A stretch of 64,000 bases of DNA from Hemiscyllium ocellatum (lineage: Eukaryota). Where the stretch lies: contig NC_083426.1 of the NCBI RefSeq assembly GCF_020745735.1, positions 29,760,001-29,824,000 on the forward strand. Direction: 5' to 3'. The notes below the pieces were generated by a model, which saw only the letters and a program-made list of their open reading frames with translations, ran no database searches and was not told the DNA's origin. Below are positions 1 through 12,556 of the stretch, piece by piece (position 1 is the first letter of the stretch; every line of letters begins with the position of its first letter). A program made the position numbers and the translations under genes.

Positions 1-76
1 GGAGTGGGAGGGAGAGTTAAAGTGTTGAGCCACGGGGTGGTTGGGTTGGTTGGTCCGGGCGTCCCTGAGGTGTTCT
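1..76 (-). mobile_element. Penelope-like element fragment (GIY-YIG endonuclease region)
   Basis: Reverse strand reads ..EHLRDARTNQPNHPVAQHFNSPSHS, the same family as 22320-22480. Confidence 0.7.
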
Positions 77-649
77 CATTTGATATAAAATACAAAATCA
101 GAAATTAATGGTATTGCTATTTCCCTAGTTAGCTATCTTGAGGTGGATGCAGTCTCCTCTTGCAACATGTTTGAATTTATGCCCTGTGAAAAATTCAACA
201 GTAAACTCAAAACAACATTTGCTTGGATTTTCTAATGGGTAGATGATAGTTTTTCCAGTGTAGGCAGGAGATACATCTGGGGAAGAATCCCTATTATACC
301 AGATTCCAAAATTGCTCAGGAAATTGAAGGTTCCACTAGGCAATTTCTTTGCTCCTGAAAGCCTCCAAGTGTCTCCATTTAATTCAGAGAATTTGGCGGG
401 GTTCCAATGAAATAAATACTTACTTTGACAAAGTTAGACTATTAAGTACATAGTCTAAATCCTGACTAACAATTCAACAAACCCCATACCTCGCTCATCC
501 GAACTACATCTCTCCCAGAACCCTTCTAGCCCCCAGACCCTGACCTGGCAGCCCGACATCCCCACAGCTGATCCAAACCCCTTCGCACACCCAAACCAAC
601 CTACCCTAAACAGTGCTACTCAGCCAGCACCTTAACTTCACACTCACTG

Positions 650-930
650 AACTAGGGGTCACATTCTAAGGATACAGGATAAGTTATTTAGGACAAGAAG
701 AATTTATTCACACAGAGAGTGATGAGCTTATGGAGTTCTCTGCTGCAGAATGTGGTTGATGGCAATTAAGTGTTTTTAAGGATGAGTACATTTTTTTAGG
801 GCTAAAGGGATCAAAGGGTATAGGGAGAAAGTGGGAACAGGGTACAGAGTCAATTGATCAGCCATGACCATACTGAATGGCAGAGCAGGCTCAAGGGGCT
901 GAATGGCCTATGTCTGTGCCTATTTTCTAT
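650..930 (+). mobile_element. CR1-clade LINE 3' fragment
   Basis: End of ORF2 plus the 3' UTR motif gatcagccatga..tgaatggcagagcaggctcaaggggctgaatggccta, which recurs across the window. Confidence 0.7.
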
Positions 931-1282
931 CTTTTGCTGTTTCCCATATGTACTTATCCTCGGACACCAGTTATCAAAATGGCTCTGAGATTTGAGACCT
1001 TTAAAGTTCAGAGTACTGCTGTTAAAAAGGGGGAATGGTTGGCTTTCCCTGACAGAATGCACTGGAAGTATGGCTCCACTAGTCTGAAGGAGTCCTGATC
1101 GGAATCTCCTCCCAAACGTGGTGCACTCTTGTTTCGTGAAAAAGAATGGGCAGAGTGGCAATCTGCAGGAGAATGCTGCTCCTTCAAAATCCCAGCCCAT
1201 GGTATTGAGCATGGGACAACAGTGGATGCTACCTGGAGAAGATACCGAGGTACTAATCATTTTAATGAAATTATGGGGGGAG

Positions 1283-1582
1283 TCTAGAATAGAGGGCACA
1301 GGTTTAGGGTGAGGGGGGAGAATTTTAAAAGGGATCTAAGGGGCAACATTTTCACGCAGAGGGTGATGAGTGTATGGAATGTACTGCCAGGGGAAATGAA
1401 GGAGGCTGGTAAAATTACAGCATTTAAAAGACATCTGGCTGAGTATTTGAACAGGAAGGGTTTAGAGGGATATGGTGCAAGTGCTGGCAAATGGGACTAG
1501 ATTAGCTTAGGATATCAGGTTGGCATGGATGAGTTGGACTGAAGGATCCATTTCCGTCTTGTACACCTCTACAGCTCTATCA
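1283..1582 (+). mobile_element. CR1-clade (HER1-like) LINE 3' fragment
   Basis: RGENFKRDLRGNIFTQRVMSVWNVLP..FKRHL C-terminal ORF2 motif and 3' tail. Confidence 0.8.
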
Positions 1583-4457
1583 TAGAGCCATAGCAATCTA
1601 CAGCACAAAAAAAGGCTTTTCAGTCCATTTTGTCTGTGCTGGTCAGAAACAACCTAACTATTCTAATGGCATGTTCCAACACTTGGCCAATAGCCTTTTA
1701 TGTCTTTGGGTTTCTGTTTCTACCACTCTTACAGGTGGTGAGTTCTAAATTCTTACCACCATCTGGTAAAAATGTTTTTCCTCACACCTCTTGCTGTCCC
1801 TTACCTGAAATCTGTGCCCTGGGTCAATGATCCCTCATCATGGGAAGGAGTGTCTTCCTGTCGATCTTACCAATACTCCACAATTTCATTCCCTCTCAAA
1901 CTCCCGCAGCTTTTTGGAAAATAACCCAAGTCTGTCCAATCTCGCTTCAAAACTGAAATTCTCCAGCCCACTGTAATATGTAAAAGTCAAATTGCCCTCA
2001 CAACTAGTTAGGGTCATTAGAGCTAAATTACTGCTCCACAACCCACCAAATGGCTTTGGTATGGCAATAAATGCTTATCCAAACTGTTTACATACAGCAG
2101 AGGCTATTACTTTGGGCGCCAATGGTTTATGCTGACAATGTGCAAGATTAGATTACATTCCCCACAGTGTGGAAACAGGCCCTTCGGCCCAACAAGTCCA
2201 CACCGACTCTCCGAAGAATAACCCACCCAGACCCGATTGAAGTCACTTCAGTAGTCTTGAAAGCTTTGACGCAATACTTAAAGGGAGTGGTGTATTATAT
2301 ATAGTTTCTGTCTAGCTTTAATTTCCATTATAAAATGAAGGTCAGAATGTTTTTTATAATGCCTTATGCACATCAGACTCAAAGTGCTAAACAGACTTTT
2401 TCCACTGCCATGCTACAATCACCCTTTAACACAAGAATATCATTCACCACAGATTATCGTTCCAAATTTGAAGACAGGAGACAACCTATGGGTGCACTAG
2501 TAATTAAAAATATTGAAATTAGAAGCATGTTGCTGCATCACTCCTGCGAGACGCATTGTTTCAATGGGGACATACCAGATTTTTAATTTTCTTGGATACC
2601 TGAAGTGGATTGTTATGTTAATTAAGGGTGGAAGCAAAAACTCAAGAGCAAGGCTAAACCTGAACCAAACAGATGCTTTGCATATTATTTGCAGATATCT
2701 GCCCCAGAATTCACTTTTAAAATGAAATACAACTAAAATACTCCTTTGTTTCATGCACCAAATTTCATCTACGTGTTAGTATTATAAAACAAATTTATCG
2801 CATTCCTCCCAACAACTTCCTTTAAACATACATGCATTGTTGTTCCACAGATTAATACAATAATTAAATGCTCATAAGAAAATCTGACAAATAATAAAAA
2901 AATTGATGGCTGTGAAAACAATATTAGCCAGCTGATTGGGAGGTGAATGCTCCTCAAAAGGCCAAGGATTGTTAAAATAAATAAGAGGAAAAGAGGGGCC
3001 TTGGGTTAATGTTCTATCTGAATGATAAAACTTTTCATAATACAACTGTTTTAGCTATGATCAAGTGCTCTGGTTTTGGAGTGGGCTACAGCTAGCACAT
3101 CCTCCATGATGTTGCACATAAAGTCAAAAGTTCTGATAAAAGATCAAAGACTTGATACTCCACAGAACCTGAGAGATCTGTTGATTATTTCCAGTCTTTT
3201 CTGTATTCCTTCAAGTCAAAACAGTACATTGTTGTAGTGAATGTACACATAATATCAATTGGTAGCAATCTCATAAGAACTGAAGGCTGTAACCAAAAAC
3301 AAAAATCAGCATGAGACATCTGTAAGTAATGGTCATGTATTCTCGATATGAGAAACAGAAAAGTACACAGAAGTTCATGATAATTTGAGAGTCAAACTTC
3401 CAACTGTAATACTACAGACCCAAGAACTTGATGAGAATGTTCAAATATTGAAAAGATACAAAATATAATTATGTGAAGGCAAAAAATGTGTAAAAGTTTG
3501 TACCTGAAAGTTATTTGGAACCATATATTTTTCAGTGGTGACATTAATAACATTAAAAGGATTCGGAAGAAAGTATTAAGTGGTTTGATTGGTTAACCAT
3601 GGTTTAAAATTTTAAAAAAGTACTTTCCTACATTCAACTCTAGCTTTGTGCTGTTCAATTTAAAAAAAGGTTGTTGTAACTTAATTGCTTGTAATCTGTT
3701 GCAATTATTGAGAGAGTGGAAGTCGAGATGGCACAGTCAAATCTCAGAAGCTATCACATGGAAGAGTAATCTAGTCAAGTGCAATAATATTGCATTATTT
3801 ACAGATATGAGGATTGAATCTCAAAAGCCAAAACATGGCGTTAAAAAGGAAGTTATATCAGACTGGCTATGCTTGTGGTAGAAATATTTGTCTGCAGATA
3901 TAAAAACGGAAACTTGTATTAGATCATCACTGGTAGGATAAGCTCAGATACAAAAGCACTAAACCACACCACAAAAGAAACTGGTTGTATTCCCTCAAAA
4001 GCAGATAGTTAAGCTCACACAATAATGATTTTGAAAAGTCACAAGTTAAATGCACTGGCAAGTTAAATGCTTTTAAGTTCACGTTATGTTGTTTGTTATG
4101 GAATCAAACAACAGTAAGCCCCCTACTCCACCAAATTAGCAGCTAGGAAGTTAGAAGTCATATTCATCAACAACCATCTTGGGCCTTTGATAAATATCTT
4201 CATATTTAAAGAATAATTAAATCAAAAAGGATATACTGTTTGCTCAGTTCTAAAGTTGAGCTCAGTCTACAGGATTATGTTTGGCAGCTGAAATAGCAGG
4301 AACCTAAACTGAGACATAGAGTCATAGAGATGTACAGCACGGAAACAGACCCTTCAGTCCAACCCATCCTTGCCGACCAGGGTTGGTTTGCCGACCCCAA
4401 CCCAATCTAGTCCCACCTGCCAGCACCTGGCACATATCCCTTCAAACCCTTCCTAGT

Positions 4458-5122
4458 TTGTGAGAAGATTTGTAGCTCGGGTGCTCGTTGTTGGGGTTCT
4501 GTTCGCCGAGCTGGGAGTTTTTCTTGCAAACATTTCGTCCCCTTTCTAGGTGACATCTCCAGTGCTTGGGAGCCTCCTGTGAAGCGCTTCTGTGCTGATT
4601 CCTCCGGCATTTATACCGGTTGTCAGTAGCTGTCCGCTGCAGTGGCAGGTATATAGGGTCTATGTCAATGCATCTGTTGATCGAATTCGTGGATGAGTGC
4701 CATGCTTCTAGGACAAACAGGAAGACAGCTAACAACCCGCATCCATGAACACCAACTGGCCACGAAACAACACGACCAGCTATCCCTAGTAGCCATACAC
4801 TCAGATGACAAACAACATGAATTTGATTGGGACAACACCACCATTATAGGTCAGGCCAAACAGAGAACAGCCAGGGAATTCCTAGAAGCATGGCACTCAT
4901 CCACGAATTCGATCAACAGACACATTGACATAGACCCTATATACCGGCCACTGCAGCGGACAGCTACTGACAACCAGAAGCGGCAGATTCAAACCAGTAT
5001 AAATGCCGGAGGAATCAGCACAGAAGCGCTTCACAGGAGGCTCCCAAGCACTGAAGATGTCACCTAGAAAGGGGACGAAACGTTTGCAACAAAAACTCCC
5101 AGCTCGGCGAACAGAACCACAA
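4458..5122. mobile_element. Penelope-like element with inverted pLTR arrangement and 15-bp TSD
   Basis: GIY-YIG-type GQTGRQLTTRIHEH..AREFLEAWHS. About 4488-4711 is an inverted copy of about 4881-5122. TSD caaacccttcctagt at 4443-4457 and 5123-5137. Confidence 0.88.
5048..5087 (+). ncRNA. Minimal type-I hammerhead ribozyme in PLE pLTR (family C)
   Basis: gca-CTGAAGA-t-gtcacc/ggggac (stem II, one mismatch)-GAAA-c-GTT-tgc. Stem I gca/tgc; palindromic ACGT stem III. Confidence 0.7.
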
Positions 5123-6744
5123 CAAACCCTTCCTAGTCATATACCAACCCAAATGCCTTTTAAATGTTGCAATTGTACCAGCTTCCACCACTTCCTCTGG
5201 CAGCTCATTCCATACCCGTACCACCCCTGTGGGAAAATGTTGCCCCTTAGGTCTCTTTTATATCTTTCCCTTCTCGCACTAAATTCATGCCCTCTAGTTC
5301 TGGACTCCCCACTCCAGGGAAAAGACTGTCTGTCTATTTATCCTATCCATGCCCCTCAATTTTGTAAACCTCTATAAGGTCTCCCCTTAGCGTCCGACGC
5401 TACAGGGAAAACAGCCCCAGCCTGTTCAGCCTCTTCCTGTAGCTCAGATCCTCCAACCCTGGCAACATCCTTGTAAATCTTTTCTGAACCCTTTCAAGTT
5501 TCACAACGTCTTTCCGATAGGAAGGAGACCAGAATTCCATGCAATATTCTAACAATAGCCTAACCAAGGCCCTTACAGCCGCAACATGACCTCCCAACTC
5601 CTCTACTCAATACTCTGACCAATAAAGGCAAGCATACCTAATGCCTTCTTCACTATCCTATCTACCAGTGACTCCACTTTCAATGAGCTATGAACTTGCA
5701 CTCCAACGTCTCTTTGTTCAGCAACACTCCCTAGCACCTTACCATTAAGTGCATAAGTCCAGTTAAAATTTGCTTTCCCAAAATGCAGCACCTCGCATTT
5801 ATCTGAATTAAACTCCATCTTCCACTTCTCAGCCCATTGGCCCATTTGATCAAAATCCTGTTGTAATCTGAGGTAACCTCCTTTGCTGTCCACTACATCT
5901 CCAATTTTGGTGTCATTTGCAAACTTATTAACTGTACCTCTTATGCTCACATCCAAATCATTTATATAAATGATGAACAGTAGTGGACCCAGCACCGATC
6001 CTTGTGGCACTCCATTGGTCACCGGTCTCCAGTCTGAAAAGCAACCCTCCACCACCATCCTCTATTTTCTATGTTTGAGCCAGTTCTGTATCCAAATGCC
6101 TAGTTCTCCCTATATTCCATGAGATCTAACCTTGCTAACCAGTCTCCCATAGGGAACCTTGTCATGCCTTATTTAAGTCCATATAGATCACATCTATCAC
6201 TCTGCCCTCATCAATCATCTTTGATACTTGTTCAAAAAAAACTCAATCAAGTTTGAGAGACATGATTTCCCATGCACAAAGCCATGTTGAGTATCCCTGA
6301 TCAGTTCTTGTCTTTCCAAATACATGTGCATCCTGTCCCTCAGGATTCCCTCCAAAAGCTTGCCCACTACCGACGTCAGGCTCACTGGTCTGTAGTTCCT
6401 GGCTTGTCCTTACCACCTTTCTTAAAACAGCAGCACCATGTTTGCCAACCTCCAGTCTTCCTGCACCTCACCTGTGACTATCAATGATACACATATCTCA
6501 GTAAGAGGTTCAGCAATCACTTCCCTAGCTTCCCACAGAGTTCTGGAACACACCTGATCAGGTCCTGGGGATTAATTCACAATGCGTTTCAAGACATCTA
6601 GCACTTCCTCCTCTATAATATGGACATTTTTCAAGATGTCACATCTATTTCCCTACATTCTATACATATGAAAGTAGGCAGCAACCAATACTCCCATTAA
6701 ATTATCTTTTTTCAGTATTGTCCTCCAAGTCCATGTGTGCACTG

Positions 6745-7228
6745 TTGTTATAGGAAGGATATTATTCAACTCGAGAGGGTTCAGAATAAATTTTCCAGGT
6801 ATGGAAGGTTTGAGTTATGAAGGCTCGATAGAATGGGACCTTTTCACTGGAACATAGAAGGTTGACCTCAGAGGTTTATAAAATCATAAGGGGTATAGAT
6901 AGGGTTAATGCTGGTGTCTTTTTGCTAGAATGGGGGATTTCCAAGAGTGGGGGGCACATTTTTAAGGTGAGAGAAGTGAGATTTTTAAAAAAGACATGAG
7001 GGGTAAAATTTTCTGCAGAGGATGGTCCTTGTGTGGAATGAATTTCCTGAGGAATTACGTTTTGGGGGCACAGTTACAATGTTTAAAAGACACCTTAATA
7101 AGTAAATGAATAGGAAAGGTTTGGTGGGATATGGGCCAAGTGCAGGCAAATGGGACTAGTCTAGTTTGGAATTATTTTTGGCATAGAATGGTTGGACCAA
7201 ATGGTCTGTTTCCATGCTATATGACTCC
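6745..7228 (+). mobile_element. CR1-clade LINE 3' fragment
   Basis: Degenerate ORF2 C-terminus and HER1-like tail (..gtctgtttccatgctatatgactc). Confidence 0.75.
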
Positions 7229-7354
7229 CAAAACAAGAAGTCAATGCAGTGGCACGTTGTTGGATAGCACGGAATATGGGAAGGACCTCTGAGCAGCTGT
7301 GCCACTGAATGGCTTAGAGGGAACATTGGCAGCAAACTAAGTCAAAGATGAGAA

Positions 7355-8400
7355 GATGTAGAAGTACAAATCGGCCATTCAGCCCATTGACTCTGCTCTA
7401 CCATTCAATAAGATCATAGCTTATCAGGCAATCCTCAACTTCACTTTCCTTCCATTCACCCATAACACCATGATTCCCTTAATAATTAAAAATGTATCTA
7501 TCTGGCCTTGAGTGCACTGGACAACTGAGTCAAGTCCACTGCAGTAAAGAATTCTATATCCTCAGTGAATAACTTCCTCTAAATCTGCTCTTAATGGGCA
7601 ACACTTTACTGTAAGATCATGTTCTGTGGTCCAAGACTCTCCTGCAAAAAAATCTTTCATATCTACCCTGTCAAGTCCCACAGGAATCTTCTATCTTCTA
7701 TTCTTCAATAAAATTGCCTAACATTCTTCTAAACTCTAATGAGTACAGGACAAATGTACTCAATCTTTCCTCAAAACCAAACAGATCAATCGAGTGTTCC
7801 TTCTCTGGATTGCCTTCAATGCCAGTATATATCTTTCCTCAGATAAGGGGATTAAATCTCTTCACAGTATTTGAGCTGAAATTGATCAATGCCTTGTACA
7901 GTTTTCACAAGATTTCCCTATTTTTTATACCCTATTCCTTTTGCAATGAAGGGCCACATTCCATTTGCCTTTCCTATTGCCTGAAGAACATAGATGCTGG
8001 GTTTTTGTGATTTACGCAGGACTCTTCCACCCAACACCTAAAGTTCTTGTATGTAGCTTTTTGTACTCTTTGATTCAAATAATATTCAGCCTCCTCTATT
8101 CTTTCTGCATAACCTCATTTTCTCACATTATATTCCATCTGCCAAGTTTTTGCCCACACCTTTAACCTGTCCAAACTCTCTGCTCTTTTTGTCTCAGCAC
8201 TTGCCTTCCCATTTATTTTTGCATCATCTGCAAATTTGGCTACAGTACATTCACTTGCCTCATTCAAGTCATTAATATATTGGAAATAATTTTGGCTCCA
8301 GGGCTGATTTCTGTGGAACTCCACCAGTTACAATTTGCCATCCTATACTTCCCTTATGTCAAATCTATCTGTTGGTTAGTAAATTCTCCATCCACGCTAA
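7355..8400 (-). mobile_element. Old CR1-clade LINE fragment
   Basis: YINDL..AKFADDAKI..WAKTWQMEYNV on the minus strand; 3' tail near 7355-7430. Confidence 0.75.
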
Positions 8401-9377
8401 CGTATTACCTCCATGACCACTTGGCTTTTGTCTCATTTCTCATAGCTGTCTGCAAATTCAGCAGTTAGTAAAATCAGATTGTTTGAATGTTGAAGCCTGA
8501 ACCAGCTTGAGAGCAGAAGAAAGCTGCTTTCTATTCTCTCGTGTTCCTCATCAAGGTCCACGGCTGTCGAGAAGGCAAACAGAAGGAACGTCCTAGTCAG
8601 AGGCAACATTTAAAAGTATTTCCAAGGCAGTAAAATAAGTGGAGACAGCAAAAGGCTTTGACACTTGGGTGAAACATCAACTGTCATATCACCGTACTTA
8701 TAAGCTTTCCAACCGATTAATTACACCATTGATCTCCTCTGTACTTTTTGCCTTGTTCAGCCAGGTAAGTTCCAAGAAGCTGCCAAATATATACATTGAC
8801 TGTCAAAGAATCAAATGTTCGTACTCAAGGGCTAAATATACACTATCACCTTTCAGTTCATGTTAATAGCTAACCTGCGGGTTTGTTGGGCATTTCTTAT
8901 ACCATCAAAGGCACTCAAATTAAACTCTTAAGTCAATGGGTTTCAGCCGGCTTCTGACTATCAAGTTTTTTTGTTCTTTTAATCTGTCACAAGCACCAAT
9001 CACCTGCCTGGTTAAGTTAAACTTATTACTTAAATGTGGGGGCAGGAAATTATCGAGTTTGCTTTAAATTTTTACAAATCTACTCAAAATTGAAACAATT
9101 CTAGTGCTTTGTGTTCTTTGTTCTTCTCCAGTTTAACTAAAATTTGGGAAGTATACTGCTGTCAGTATTGAGAGATCAATTAAGTGCAATGTTTTTCTAC
9201 ACTTGCCCAGTGTTTCTCCCATGTTGAGATCTGCAAGGTGCTGAGGCAAGTACAAATTTGTTTCACTACTGTTGTGGCACAATTATAAAGTCCTTACCAA
9301 TTTAAATTTAAACTTACTGTATGTCCACACAAATTCATTAGCTCACTGGAATCATTACAAAATTATATTTATCTTAC

Positions 9378-9546
9378 CTTCCAGATTGTATTTTTTGGCA
9401 ATTGGTAGACAAAAAAGACGGATATGACTAATTATTGGACTCCTCCAGCTCTGGTCTTCTGTGACTGCACTCTGGCAATGAGATCTGCCATAGGGGATGA
9501 TGAAGGAATAGACTGCTGTTATAAGGAGCCCCAGGGCCACCACGAC
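9378..9546 (-). CDS. C6orf89: C6orf89 coding exon 2 (transmembrane segment plus WRS..HIRL..LPIAKKY motif)
   Basis: Acceptor ttcccccaatag|GTC and donor GAA G|gtaaga. Translates VVVALGLLITAVYSFIIPYGRSHCQSAVTEDQSWRSPIISHIRLFCLPIAKKYNLE, similar to recalled human VLATLGLILLTAYFVIQP..WRSLIHHIRLMSLPIAKKYMSE. In frame with exon 1. No downstream exon found inside the window. Confidence 0.92.
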
Positions 9547-10090
9547 CTATTGGGGGAATAAACAAGGCAGATAACTTAACTCCACAAGATCTAAATGACG
9601 GAAAATTTGTCAAATTAACAACTTGTTCACAAGTAAACCATCTTATGAATATGAAACCTTTTGATATGATTAGTCACAGTATTTTAATCAATGTCTATCA
9701 ACTGCATCTTGAATATTCATAAACACGGGCAGTCTTAAAATTGCTAAGTTATTAGGACCACAAATATTGAATGTTGAGAGATGCACTGCATCATGCTTAA
9801 CAGTATTATGGTATCAAATGATGTCATTCCTGGAGAAGTCAGATCCCAGACCAAAATAGGTCTTGATAAAACAAAAACGAAAAGTTCTAACAAGATTATT
9901 TCTCACTGAAATACAAACATGCAATGCTGTAGTTTTGAGTTCAACAATAAAACAACTTTACTACAACTTCACAAAAAAAACTATTCACAGGTAACACATT
10001 TAAAGATTTGAAACATGATATAAAATACAAACACATAAATCTAAAAACAAACACTCCTGTATAGTTCCAGAGATAATTCCGTTTTTTTCT

Positions 10091-10777
10091 CATAGTCATA
10101 GAGATATACAGCACGGAAACAGACCCTTCGGTTCAACCCGTCCATGCCGACCAGATATCCCAACCCAATCTAGTCCCACCTGCCAGCACCCAGCACATGT
10201 CCCTCCAAACCCTTCCTATTCAAATACCCATCCAAATGCCTCTTAAATGTTGCAATTATACCAGCCTCCACCACATTCTCTGGCAGCTCATTCCATACAT
10301 GTACCACCCTCTGAGTGAAAAAGTTGCCCCTTAGGACTCTTCTATCTTTCCCCTCTCACCCTAAACCAGTGCCCTCTAGTTCTGGACACCTCAACCCTAG
10401 CGAAAGGACTTTGTCTATTAATGCCCTCATAATTTTGCAAACCTCTATAAGGTCACCCCTCAGCATCCGACTCCTGTTCAGCCTCTCCCTATAGCTCGAA
10501 TCCTCCAACCCTGGCAACATCTTTGTAAATCTTTTCTGAACCCTTTCAAGTTTCGTAAATCTTTCTGAAAGGAAGGAGACCAGAATTGCACACAATATTC
10601 CAACAGTGGCCCAACCAATGTCCTCCCAACTCCTGTACTCAATACTCTGACCAATAAAGGAAAGCATACCAAACACCTTCTTCACGATCTTATCTACCTG
10701 CTACTCCACTCTCAAGAAGCTGTGAACCTGCACTCCAAGGTCTCTCTGTTCAGCAACACTCCCTAGGATCTTACCAT
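10091..10777 (-). mobile_element. CR1-clade (HER1-like) LINE 3' fragment
   Basis: LERVQKRFTKMLPGL..RGDLIEV; closely similar to the 4315-5750 copy. Confidence 0.85.
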
Positions 10778-12379
10778 CCAAGATGGAGGTCGGGAAAAAT
10801 TTCTGGCTGTAAGTGCTGCTCCTTTTTTTTGAGGTATTTTAGATGCAATTACTGTTTTATATGCTATTGCATTGTTTTGGAACTTTGAAAACAAAAAGTC
10901 AAAACAACAGCAGTTTTAAAAGAGAAAAGAACAGACAAAGGAAGCACATGGTGAGGACAGTGCAGGAGAGAGAGATAGAGGGAGAGGGGGGAGAACCTGC
11001 ACAGTTACTGCCTTTGCTGGTTTTGAATTCATGTGTCGCTGGACATCGGAGTGCACCTGGGAAAATTAACAAACAGTGAATTTCACAACTAATCTTGGAG
11101 GAACCGGTTTGGGCGAAGTTCACAACACAGAATCAGATAAGTTAATTGTTGTTTTAAGTCTGTCCAAGAGAAAGGCTGTATTAGTGAGTACATGGGTTCG
11201 TTCTTGATTATATGTTTTTGGAGATAAGTCTCTTGATTAAACTTAAAATATAAGCCATAGCTATTAATTTAACCTAGTGCAGTGTTTTGTAGGGGAATAA
11301 GACGGTGTTATTTATTTTCTGGGTCATCTATAGGGTATATTTTAATTGTGGCTTCAACTCCCCGTCTTGAGACTGTGATAATCTTTTCCTGAAGCCTTTA
11401 TACAAATGAACTTAAGACTCTCAGCTTCAAGTAACTTCTTCAGGATCGTAACCAAACACTTCTGACTTCAACATTCTTAAACTACCTTCTTTTCTTAGGA
11501 GCAACTATTTTACACATTCAGCTTCAGCCAACTCTTCAGTGGACAAAAACTAAAGAGCTTCTTTTACCTCCAAGATATGAATGATTTTTTTTGAAGAAAC
11601 AATCACTAAGCTAGTAACACACATTGTCACTATGTGCACTTGTAAAAACCTCCCAATGTAAAAAAAATCCTAATAGCCTCCTACAATTATCTCTCAAAAA
11701 GACTATTTAAAAATAAAACTCCATGCCAACAGAAATAAACACCTTTAGACAGACTGAAAGCCCATACATCACTAAATCAACAGAAACAATGTACACATGA
11801 ATCTCACTTTGCATTACAATTGCAATATATAATGTACGTTACCAGACTGATTGCACTAAATTATGCCAATGTTTTGTCTCCATTCTAACCCTCCCAGTCC
11901 ACCAAACCCTCCAAATGCACTGCCCACCCCGGCTTTAATGCAGCTGCTACCCAAAACCATCACTTGAGAGGGTGTCATCATTCCCAAGGCACGTCCAAAC
12001 ATAACAGAGCAGTCCCTATAAGCCAGCAAGGGAAACGATAATTTTGAGAAAGAAAGCACCCCCTAACCTAGTTCAGGGGACACTGGCAACTTTGGAGTTC
12101 AGCAGCTAATTCCCTCTCTCAGGCACAATGATTTTTTTTCTTTGATAAGCGAGCCCTTAGTTTACCCAATCTCACTTGAAACAACACTTCAAGTGAGATT
12201 TTCACTTAAATTCAGGAACAAATGGTATTTTTAGAGAGGACAACCCATATTGTAAATCATATTGCAATATAACACATGGAATTGCAGCTTTTCTAAAGGT
12301 GTTCAATTTACCATTTATTATTTACTCAATGGGAAAAGATTAGTCTAAAATATTGAAATAAAGCAATATGCTGGAGGTA

Positions 12380-12556
12380 GGAGAAAGTGAGGACTGTAGA
12401 TGCTGGAGATGAGAGTACAGAGTGTGGTGCTGGAAAAGCACAGCAGGAGAATCGACATTTCGGACATAAGCCCTTCGTCAAGAATATGATTCCTGATGCA
12501 GTGCTAATGCCTATTCTCCTGCTCCTCAGATGCTGCCTGACCTCTTGTGCTTTTCC
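12380..12556. mobile_element. Miniature PLE-derived inverted element (family A), 13-bp TSD
   Basis: TSD tatgctggaggta at 12367-12379 and 12557-12569; degenerate hammerhead halves in both orientations. Confidence 0.75.

Larger units (their letters stand above)
4315..6660 (-). mobile_element. CR1-clade (HER1-like) LINE, 5'-truncated, RT domain, interrupted by a PLE
   Basis: GVPQGSVLGPLLFIIYINDL..KFANDTKIG (RT motifs) and LEYCMEFWSP..LERVQKRFTRM, with frameshifts. Confidence 0.9.

Noticed and set aside
125-9300. Candidate C6orf89 exon 3 (tried near 125-343, 2575-2600, 3830-3890, 8500-8590, 9200-9230)
   Set aside because: None gave a phase-1 open exon with the expected WW..C..NC..C motif; the next exon probably lies left of the window.
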